From a virus, in the IMG/VR virus record IMGVR_UViG_3300034033_000029: a stretch of 5,100 nt of DNA; one strand, given 5' to 3'. The translations under genes were made by a program, and so were the position numbers. Numbering within the stretch: the first letter of the stretch is position 1; every line of letters begins with the position of its first letter. Below are positions 1 to 4,988 of the stretch, piece by piece. A model generated the notes under the pieces. That model had not been told where the DNA came from. It ran no database searches and saw only the letters and a program-made list of their open reading frames with translations.

Positions 1-94
1 TAACGGCCAATAGTTTTAGACCTGGGCTTTTGACCCAGGTTTTTTTTGTTTTGTTTAAAGGGATTAAGTTGAAATTGTTTGCTAGTGCCAAATG
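1..94. repeat. Terminal redundancy of a circular genome (identical copy at 5007-5100); unit length 5006 nt
   Basis: Base-by-base comparison: 1-94 (taacggccaatag...gtgccaaatg) equals 5007-5100 with no mismatch. An ORF runs continuously across the junction. Confidence 0.97.
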
Positions 95-836
95 GATTGG
101 CAGAGAGAAAGCCCTGGAGTTCTTTATTAACGTAAGAGCCGGATGCTATGAACACGGCTAGAACATTGCGAAATTGACTCTCTGAGAGAGAAGACATTTG
201 TTCTTGACTTGTGATATCGATACCGAATCGTTTTTGGAGCATGGTATTGATAGAGTTATCAACGCCCATTGATAGCAGTAATTGACTGCGTTTGAATTTA
301 TCGGTAGATGTAATTATATTGTTTAGGATGACCTTCGTTTCCTCTTCGGTCTTTTTAATTTTTGCAGCCGCGGAAGGAAGGGTAACTTGGTTAAAGTTTT
401 TATTATTGAGTCCGAACTGACGATCGGAAATAATTTTGTTGGTATCAGTTGAATACCGAGAGGCACCAGACGATATTTCGGACGATTTGATACTAGCATC
501 AGCAGATATTTTTGAGGCTTCGAGTTGAATATCTTGGCCTCGTTTTTGAAGTGCGCGATCAGCGTTACGATTGATAGAATCCGCGAGATTAACATTGCGG
601 GAAGCATTGCCGAGTACCTGGCCAGCGCCGGAAGTAGAACTACCGCCGGAAGCTGATGAGCCGTAAAATTCCTGGGGAGTAAGGCCACGGGACTTGGCCA
701 TATCCCAGTCATATTGAGAACGTTCTTTGTAAGAGCGATTGTCGATCTCGGCGCCGCGTTTCGCATCCGATCGACCAAGAGCTGAGTCGAATATTTTGGC
801 GCCAGCGGCACCAAGGATAGATGAACCAAAGAACAT
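1..836 (-). CDS. H: DNA pilot / minor spike protein H-like, 285 aa; the 5' 836 nt are here and the CDS continues across the circular junction to TAA at 4985-4987
   Basis: ATG at 836..834 directly follows the TAA (839..837) of the upstream gene. I checked every codon from 836 to 3 and found no in-frame stop. The frame continues through 5006 down to 4988 (..TIGRYNQSRPN) and then reaches TAA. The N-terminus MFFGSSILGAAGAKIFDSALG is Gly/Ala-rich like remembered phiX174 gpH (MFGAIAGGIASALAGG...). There is a Gly/Ser-rich tract (GSSASGGSSTSGAG) and Q/N/K-rich helical-looking segments. It is the last gene after F and G, as in phiX174. It is absent from the ORF track only because it runs off the window edge. 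Confidence 0.8.
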   Translation of the reverse strand, partial: MFFGSSILGAAGAKIFDSALGRSDAKRGAEIDNRSYKERSQYDWDMAKSRGLTPQEFYGSSASGGSSTSGAGQVLGNASRNVNLADSINRNADRALQKRGQDIQLEASKISADASIKSSEISSGASRYSTDTNKIISDRQFGLNNKNFNQVTLPSAAAKIKKTEEETKVILNNIITSTDKFKRSQLLLSMGVDNSINTMLQKRFGIDITSQEQMSSLSESQFRNVLAVFIASGSYVNKELQGFLSANPFGTSKQFQLNPFKQNKKNLGQKPRSKTIGR

Positions 837-1388
837 TTAGCTAACCGCGTTTTGCATGGTTGGGGGTTTAACGGCAAGCCGTTGAACAGATATTTGTCCC
901 GTTGCTCGAGCAGTAAGAGCGGAACTAGCATCAAGAGCTATTCCGAAGAACAGAGGGCGACCGAAATAAGTGTCGCCACTGACCAGGTTAGGAACCATTA
1001 TTAATTCATCAATTGAATTAAATATGGGGATTACATAGACCTGGTTGACATCATCATCAGCGCCTGTGATCGAGGCTGGAGCGTAACCGATGATTAGATG
1101 AGATGCGATATCGACGAGAGTCGTTTGTATATCGAGAGATGCTTTTACGCGGTAAGGAGCGTTATCACCGATAGGCTCTTGCATATAAACACCTATGGCT
1201 TCACGGTAGCCAGCGGTAATAGTAGCGAATTCACCGACTGCTGCATCCGCAACGTCAGAATGAACAGCTGTTTTTGCATTGACGAGAATGTTACCAGCCG
1301 ACCGAACTGTTTCAGTTGGCCAGGTGAGCTTCGCGGCGAGGGAGTTTGTCCAGATACCATCGCGTTGAATATTTTTAGGAGCGCTCAT
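837..1388 (-). CDS. 183-aa beta-rich structural protein in the gene-G position (putative major spike protein; function assigned by position only)
   Basis: ATG 1388..1386 overlaps the F stop as ATGA (1385-1388). TAA 839..837 abuts the ATG of the H-like gene. The composition looks beta-strand-rich, with no hydrophobic helix. The size (183 aa) is close to phiX174 gpG (175 aa). I cannot see convincing sequence similarity to gpG by eye. Confidence 0.7.
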   Translation of the reverse strand: MSAPKNIQRDGIWTNSLAAKLTWPTETVRSAGNILVNAKTAVHSDVADAAVGEFATITAGYREAIGVYMQEPIGDNAPYRVKASLDIQTTLVDIASHLIIGYAPASITGADDDVNQVYVIPIFNSIDELIMVPNLVSGDTYFGRPLFFGIALDASSALTARATGQISVQRLAVKPPTMQNAVS

Positions 1389-2680
1389 AACATTTTACCG
1401 CCTTTGGGAAATTCCTGGTCTTTACCACCTGGTCGGGGGTAGCTTTCATCGACGAGCCCGGACATATATGAGTCCATAGAATCGCCGATAGGTTGTGTTG
1501 ATGATTCTTTGAAGAAAACATCGACCATGTAATCATCGAGAGATTGAGAACGAAAGGCACTTTTGACGCGGGTAGCATCTTTAGCTTCCGCTTGAGTAGT
1601 AGGCACCAGCATGTAAGGAAAACTATCACGAATGTCGATAGAGTTTCCGATAACATCGTGGTCGCTACGCCATTGCCAACCGGCGGGTAAGTAGCCGAGT
1701 TGAGTGGTAACGCCATTTTGAATAACATCTTTGATTTGTACAGGTTGTGGCCGAGCCGTAGAGAGATATTCGGGATCGGCAGTCATTTCGAACCAGTCGA
1801 GATTGTCCTTGGCCAGCGGCATACAGCCTTCAATAGTAGAGGCGAAACGGACAGTAAGTAGAGTAACCAGAATACAGTGTTCGGGTGCTACAACACCCTT
1901 GATTTTGTGATTGACGCTGAAGTCAAATAGCGATTGCCATTGCCCGAGGCTTGCGCCGTCGGTAGCTGGAATTTCGCGAGGATTTACGCCGACTTCAACT
2001 TGATCGAGCATGATGGGTACCTGGTCAACTTCGCGCGAGCCGTCACCTTTCCATGTTTCTTTTACAAGTTCCATCCAGCGATTATAGGATAGTACATCGC
2101 GTTTCATTGCGGAACGAAAACGGCCTTGTACTTCTGCGAGATTGCGAATGTCGATAGCTGAAGCGACAGAAACCTCATGATCAGGGGTTGCTCCTGGTGA
2201 GGAATCGAAGCGACAACGATTCCATGCTTTAGATAGAGGTACAGCTTTTACGCCGTGATTGCCGATATCAGCTGCGAGGTAATCGGCGTTTTCAGGCCAT
2301 TTGTACCACTCGTTGACACAGCGTAGATAAGCATCCTGGTAGAATTTGTAGTAATTGGCGAGTACTGCGCCACTTGAACCGATACCGAGAGAGGACCAGT
2401 CGATTTGCGAACTAACGACAGGTGGAGTTATTGCTGTAGCTGGCCCTTCTTTGACATAGTCAGTGAATTCAGGCCAGACCCAACGGAGAGGAACCATAAA
2501 CGTAGCGAGGTGAGCATTGATACGCATCACGTCACGTTCGCGTAGGGCTTCGAGCCGAACCGAACCGCTGATATCGACGTTCATGCGTTCGCCAGGCATT
2601 AGCATTTGCTGCCTGAGACAGTTAACCCGACCGATTTTGCCGGTTTTCAGAGTGTGCCCACCGCGATTAGTTCTGCTCAT
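1385..2680 (-). CDS. F: Major capsid protein F (Microviridae, phiX174-type, 431 aa)
   Basis: Several blocks line up with remembered phiX174 gpF (426 aa). GKIGRVNCL..MLMPGERMNVDISGSVRLEAL matches GQIGRLITI..VIAGDSFEMDAVGALRLSPL. FMVPLRWVWPEFTDYVKEG matches FYVPHRHVYGEQWIKFMKDG. SLGQWQS...VAPEHCILVTLLTVRF matches SLGQFSG...FVPEHGTMFTLALVRF. Its length is phiX-like, well below my recollection of ~530-560 aa for gokushovirus VP1. Confidence 0.96.
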   Translation of the reverse strand: MSRTNRGGHTLKTGKIGRVNCLRQQMLMPGERMNVDISGSVRLEALRERDVMRINAHLATFMVPLRWVWPEFTDYVKEGPATAITPPVVSSQIDWSSLGIGSSGAVLANYYKFYQDAYLRCVNEWYKWPENADYLAADIGNHGVKAVPLSKAWNRCRFDSSPGATPDHEVSVASAIDIRNLAEVQGRFRSAMKRDVLSYNRWMELVKETWKGDGSREVDQVPIMLDQVEVGVNPREIPATDGASLGQWQSLFDFSVNHKIKGVVAPEHCILVTLLTVRFASTIEGCMPLAKDNLDWFEMTADPEYLSTARPQPVQIKDVIQNGVTTQLGYLPAGWQWRSDHDVIGNSIDIRDSFPYMLVPTTQAEAKDATRVKSAFRSQSLDDYMVDVFFKESSTQPIGDSMDSYMSGLVDESYPRPGGKDQEFPKGGKML

Positions 2681-2789
2681 TTTTTGTTTGCCTGTTTAAT
2701 GGTTTCAGCAACATCCTTGGGAAAACGACTAGATCTGCTCATTTTTTATTTGCCTGTTTCATAGTTTCAGCAACATCCTTGGGGAAACG
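2666..2789. repeat. Tandem direct duplication, 2 x 62 nt (2666-2727 and 2728-2789), 56/62 identical
   Basis: Position-by-position alignment gives mismatches only at 2667, 2671, 2686, 2698, 2701 and 2722, against 2729, 2733, 2748, 2760, 2763 and 2784. It duplicates the D-tail / ATGA / F-head junction. Confidence 0.95.
2677..2742 (-). CDS. 21-aa micro-ORF MSRSSRFPKDVAETIKQANKK in the gene-J position, created by the 62-nt tandem duplication
   Basis: ATG 2742..2740 overlaps the D-like stop (ATGA, 2739-2742). Its TGA 2679..2677 overlaps the F start (ATGA, 2677-2680). Net basic (6 K/R against 2 D/E). Whether it is translated is not proven. Confidence 0.45.
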   Translation of the reverse strand: MSRSSRFPKDVAETIKQANKK

Positions 2790-3218
2790 ATGTGCCGAGG
2801 GTTCACCCCCGTAACCACCTGAATAAGCGATTACGAGGGACATTAATTGTTGCACCGACATGTCTTTGACCTCATGAGTGCCGAGTATACCTGACGCGGC
2901 GTCTGCGTCAAATGTATCTGGTGCTTTGGTACAGGCTAACAGCCTGTTTACGGGTGCTACTACTTCTGCGATAAGGGCAGCAACATATTGACCTGGTAGA
3001 GGGAGTGCCGGCATTCCGGCGATAGTCATAGATACCTCGGCCACTGATGCGATAATTGACCGCATTTGCCTAGCCTGATCAGGTGACCAATATTCAGCCT
3101 GAGTGAGTATATCCCAGTGATGTTCATCGATGCCGTGGCCTTTGTGAAGGGTAGTGTATTTGTTTTCATTTTGAGCGAGTATTTGTGCGCCATGTTGAAA
3201 TGCCTTATGGATGTCCAA
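2739..3218 (-). CDS. D: External scaffolding protein D-like, 159 aa, TTG start
   Basis: Residues 68-96 GMPALPLPGQYVAALIAEVVAPVNRLLAC (nt 2931-3017) align with remembered phiX174 gpD GYPRFPAPVEFIAAVIAYYVHPVNIQTAC. The size is similar (159 against 152 aa) and it sits between A and F. TTG at 3218 is the only start after the in-frame stop at 3231-3233, and it is preceded by AGGAG (3232..3228) with a 9-nt spacer. It overlaps the Rep 3' end by 14 nt. Confidence 0.85.
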   Translation of the reverse strand: MDIHKAFQHGAQILAQNENKYTTLHKGHGIDEHHWDILTQAEYWSPDQARQMRSIIASVAEVSMTIAGMPALPLPGQYVAALIAEVVAPVNRLLACTKAPDTFDADAASGILGTHEVKDMSVQQLMSLVIAYSGGYGGEPSAHRFPKDVAETMKQANKK

Positions 3219-4587
3219 TTTCGTTTGCTCCTATTTTAATAGATTTTACTCGTAGTTTTTCACGAGGGAAGATTGTGCCGATGAAAGTATTAGCGATTAG
3301 GGCCTTTGTATCAGAGTACCCGATTTGCTCGGGGAGGAGTTGACTTACCCAATCGTAGAATTGAGATGAATCCATCCTGTCTGGTCTCGCTCCACTTCGA
3401 ACGCTCGATAGCATCTTCGTGAAGGTGCTGGAGTTGCTTGTGATTAGTTCGCTCAAAGTGAGTTGCTTCTGCCTGAATTTCATCAAGTAGAGTTGACGTT
3501 TCGCCACGGAGCGCAGTAATCCGAGAGGCACCATATGGATCCTCATTAGAAAAAGGTTCGTAGTGCTGCTCGGCGCTCTCCAGGTCAGTGCTTCGACGGT
3601 CATTTGATCGAGTTGACTCAGAGCTGCTCGGAGGGTGTTTATCCCGAGATTCCTGGTTGCTTTCATTCGGTGATGCCATTCTTTGTGCTCCTTAGATAGA
3701 TATTTAGTGATGTAGAATCCCGATGTCCTCGGGGTGCTTACTTTCATTGGCCGCCCTGATTTATCGAGTGGGAGACAGAATTGGTGATTGGTTTGATAGA
3801 TATCGGCAACGTGTCTAAAGTAGAGAGCTGGCGATAAATGCGGTAAAGACCATCCCCATAAGGTACGCATTGGTAAACATTCATTGTGTTTGCGGTTGGC
3901 TGGATTTCTGATCCCTTTGTTTGGGCAAGTTCTCCAACTAGGAGGAATTGCCCTGAGCCAGATAATAAAATGGCCGTGATGATGCTCACGACTTTTGCCA
4001 TGCTCGATAACTCCTGCGTACGTAACATACTGAGATTCGCTCCGATAGGGCGGTTTATGGGCTGGTGGTTCGCCGAGTTCCTTACAAACTATATTGACGA
4101 GCCGCCTGATGTATTTTCTGAATGCGCGGCCATCTTGCCATAGTTTTTTGGGGTCTGTCAATTGGGGGTCAACTGTGAGTGTAACGAAGAACGGATACCA
4201 TTCATCCTGGCGTTTTTCTTCTGCTTCCTGTCCGATTCGCCAAGCCCAATTTGATTTTCTGACTACGTCAGCCTTGTGGGACATATTTTTGAGGAAGATT
4301 TTTTCATCCTCGTTATGATTTAGAACGTCAGTCCGGAGACCGAGTTCTTGTTTTTTGTCTTTTAAAGACATTCCAGGTTCGATACCGACCTGGGTTAGTG
4401 TTTGGGGGTAAGTAAGAATTCCAGAATCAAGAATGTCGTGGAGTTCTTCGGTGATGGTATTGATTGTAATTTCATCGACTTTGTCAGAGCGATGTGAAAG
4501 TAAAAGATTGGTGCGCATTTGCGCCCAATATTGTTGAGATTTATTGGAGAATTTTTGTTGTATTTGATCGAGATATGATTTAGACAT
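3205..4587 (-). CDS. A: Rolling-circle replication initiator (gene A type, HUH endonuclease), 460 aa
   Basis: Motif I is FFVTLTV (4171-4191). Motif II is HHHGHFIIW (3958-3984). Motif III, with paired Tyr, is YITKYLSK (3691-3714), compared with remembered phiX174 gpA YVAKYVNK. ATG at 4587..4585, TAA at 3207..3205. Confidence 0.95.
   Translation of the reverse strand: MSKSYLDQIQQKFSNKSQQYWAQMRTNLLLSHRSDKVDEITINTITEELHDILDSGILTYPQTLTQVGIEPGMSLKDKKQELGLRTDVLNHNEDEKIFLKNMSHKADVVRKSNWAWRIGQEAEEKRQDEWYPFFVTLTVDPQLTDPKKLWQDGRAFRKYIRRLVNIVCKELGEPPAHKPPYRSESQYVTYAGVIEHGKSREHHHGHFIIWLRAIPPSWRTCPNKGIRNPANRKHNECLPMRTLWGWSLPHLSPALYFRHVADIYQTNHQFCLPLDKSGRPMKVSTPRTSGFYITKYLSKEHKEWHHRMKATRNLGINTLRAALSQLDQMTVEALTWRAPSSTTNLFLMRIHMVPLGLLRSVAKRQLYLMKFRQKQLTLSELITSNSSTFTKMLSSVRSGARPDRMDSSQFYDWVSQLLPEQIGYSDTKALIANTFIGTIFPREKLRVKSIKIGANEIGHP
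3311..3679 (-). CDS. Overprinted 122-aa hydrophilic ORF inside the 3' half of Rep; candidate internal scaffolding protein (gene B analogue)
   Basis: ATG 3679..3677 is preceded by a perfect AAGGAG (3693..3688) with an 8-nt spacer. The protein is acidic, Ser/Glu/Arg-rich and lacks hydrophobic stretches. Its size and nesting (ending 106 nt before the Rep stop) resemble phiX174 B (120 aa) nested inside A. No sequence similarity to B is recognised. Confidence 0.6.
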   Translation of the reverse strand: MASPNESNQESRDKHPPSSSESTRSNDRRSTDLESAEQHYEPFSNEDPYGASRITALRGETSTLLDEIQAEATHFERTNHKQLQHLHEDAIERSKWSETRQDGFISILRLGKSTPPRANRVL

Positions 4588-4608
4588 ATTTGTATTTAGG
4601 GATTAGTA

Positions 4609-4624
4609 GCGCGCTTATGCGCGT
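4609..4624. other. GC-rich hairpin gcgcgc-ttat-gcgcgt flanked by direct GATTAG repeats (4601-4606, 4629-4634)
   Basis: CGCGC/GCGCG 5-bp stem plus a G:T closing pair and a 4-nt loop, 22 nt upstream of the Rep ATG in virion sense. It is the only GC-rich block in an AT-rich region. Confidence 0.45.
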
Positions 4625-4710
4625 GAGAGATTAGAGTTTTGAAGTATAGCTGTTTGGACAATGAAAGATTATTGATAGAAGCTATAGGAGAGAGTGTTGG
4701 TATAGGTTAT

Positions 4711-4739
4711 TTGTATATGATATGTCGGATTTTTATAAA
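4711..4739 (+). promoter_or_regulatory. Sigma70-like promoter for the + strand ORF: TTGTAT (4711-4716), 17 nt, TATAAA (4734-4739)
   Basis: Hexamer match and 17-nt spacing read directly from the sequence. The -10 element lies in the loop of a 5-bp inverted repeat, GTCGG (4723-4727) / CCGAC (4742-4746). Confidence 0.4.
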
Positions 4740-4796
4740 TAGCCGACGATTATTTGATAGTGAGTTTTTGAGTTGAGAGTAAAGTGAATACTCACT

Positions 4797-4804
4797 AAGA
4801 GGAG
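4797..4804 (+). promoter_or_regulatory. Shine-Dalgarno AAGAGGAG, 7 nt upstream of ATG 4812
   Basis: Read directly from the sequence. It is the strongest SD in the whole genome. Confidence 0.6.
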
Positions 4805-4811
4805 AGATTTA

Positions 4812-4988
4812 ATGAATGATTGTGTTGAGATTATTTTGCATGATAGTGAAGTTGAACGCCAGTATGGCGGGATTTATACGCTACAGATTCCTTTGAGCGT
4901 AATAATGGTAGCCCTGATTGGACAGGGCTTTTGTGGATATGATAAGGAGAAGAATTGTTCTCAGATTATTTTAGATTTAGAGAGTTAG
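4812..4988 (+). CDS. 58-aa ORF on the strand opposite to all other genes; hypothetical small membrane-type protein
   Basis: ATG 4812 to TAG 4986-4988, hand-translated as MNDCVEIILHDSEVERQYGGIYTLQIPLSVIMVALIGQGFCGYDKEKNCSQIILDLES. It has a strong SD, an upstream promoter-like element and a downstream intrinsic terminator. The central hydrophobic stretch is LQIPLSVIMVALIGQGFCG. It was not in the supplied ORF track, whose shortest listed ORF is 60 aa. Confidence 0.55.
   Translation: MNDCVEIILHDSEVERQYGGIYTLQIPLSVIMVALIGQGFCGYDKEKNCSQIILDLES

Larger units (their letters stand above)
4588..4811. promoter_or_regulatory. 224-nt AT-rich intergenic control region between the divergent Rep and ORF58 starts
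   Basis: No ORF longer than about 20 codons on either strand. About 30-35% G+C by hand count of 60-nt blocks. It contains a GC hairpin, GATTAG x2, GATTAT(T)TGATAG x2 and promoter-like hexamers. Confidence 0.55.

Noticed and set aside
1-94. Terminal direct repeat as a biological LTR, DTR or transposon end
   Set aside because: The copies are exactly identical, they sit at the two extreme ends of the window, and an ORF reads seamlessly through the junction. This is the signature of a circular molecule linearised with overlap, not of a repeat present twice in the genome.
323-934. 203-aa - strand ORF from the supplied track
   Set aside because: It is out of frame with the continuous H-like ORF that occupies the same DNA. 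It is Leu/Pro/Arg-rich, as expected for a shifted reading of a Ser/Ala/Gly-rich gene. It starts at TTG/ATG inside the G-position gene with no SD. The H-like frame has the expected N-terminus and start/stop junction.
1098-1442. 114-aa + strand ORF antisense to the F/G-position junction
   Set aside because: It is antisense to two well-supported genes. I noted no SD or promoter and its composition looks odd. It resembles the other antisense ORFs that arise by chance in this genome.
2517-2699. 60-aa + strand ORF antisense to the F start
   Set aside because: TTG start, no SD, Arg/Ser/Leu-rich antisense-type composition, and complete overlap with the F N-terminus and the tandem repeat.
2666-2789. 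Tandem repeat as a CRISPR array or iteron set
   Set aside because: There are only two copies, directly adjacent with no spacers. Each copy is fully explained as a duplicated coding junction (D tail / ATGA / F head).
3886-4318. Two + strand ORFs (85 aa at 3886-4143 and 74 aa at 4094-4318) antisense to Rep
   Set aside because: No ribosome-binding sites or promoter-like elements seen, both antisense to the conserved Rep core, and low-complexity antisense-type sequences.
3205-4587. phiX174-type 30-nt replication origin core (CAACTTGATATTAATAAC...) inside the Rep gene, and an in-frame A*-type internal start
   Set aside because: I could not find the origin core on either strand by eye. No in-frame internal Met (for example Met73 or Met102) has a recognisable SD. 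Neither can be supported from sequence alone, and absence by eye is not proof.
4600-4720. Sigma70 promoter for the - strand genes upstream of Rep
   Set aside because: Candidate -10 hexamers in virion sense (TATACT, TATAGC, TATACC) lack acceptable -35 partners at 16-18 nt spacing; the best is CCGACA-18-TATACC. That is too weak to annotate.
4701-4728. Possible XerC/XerD dif-like site around TGTATA (4712-4717), which would suggest lysogeny as in some enterobacterial gokushovirus prophages
   Set aside because: The flanking 11-nt arms (tataggttatt and tgatatgtcgg) match the remembered E. coli dif arms (GGTGCGCATAA / TTATGTTAAAT) at only a few positions. No integrase is present and there is no other evidence for integration.
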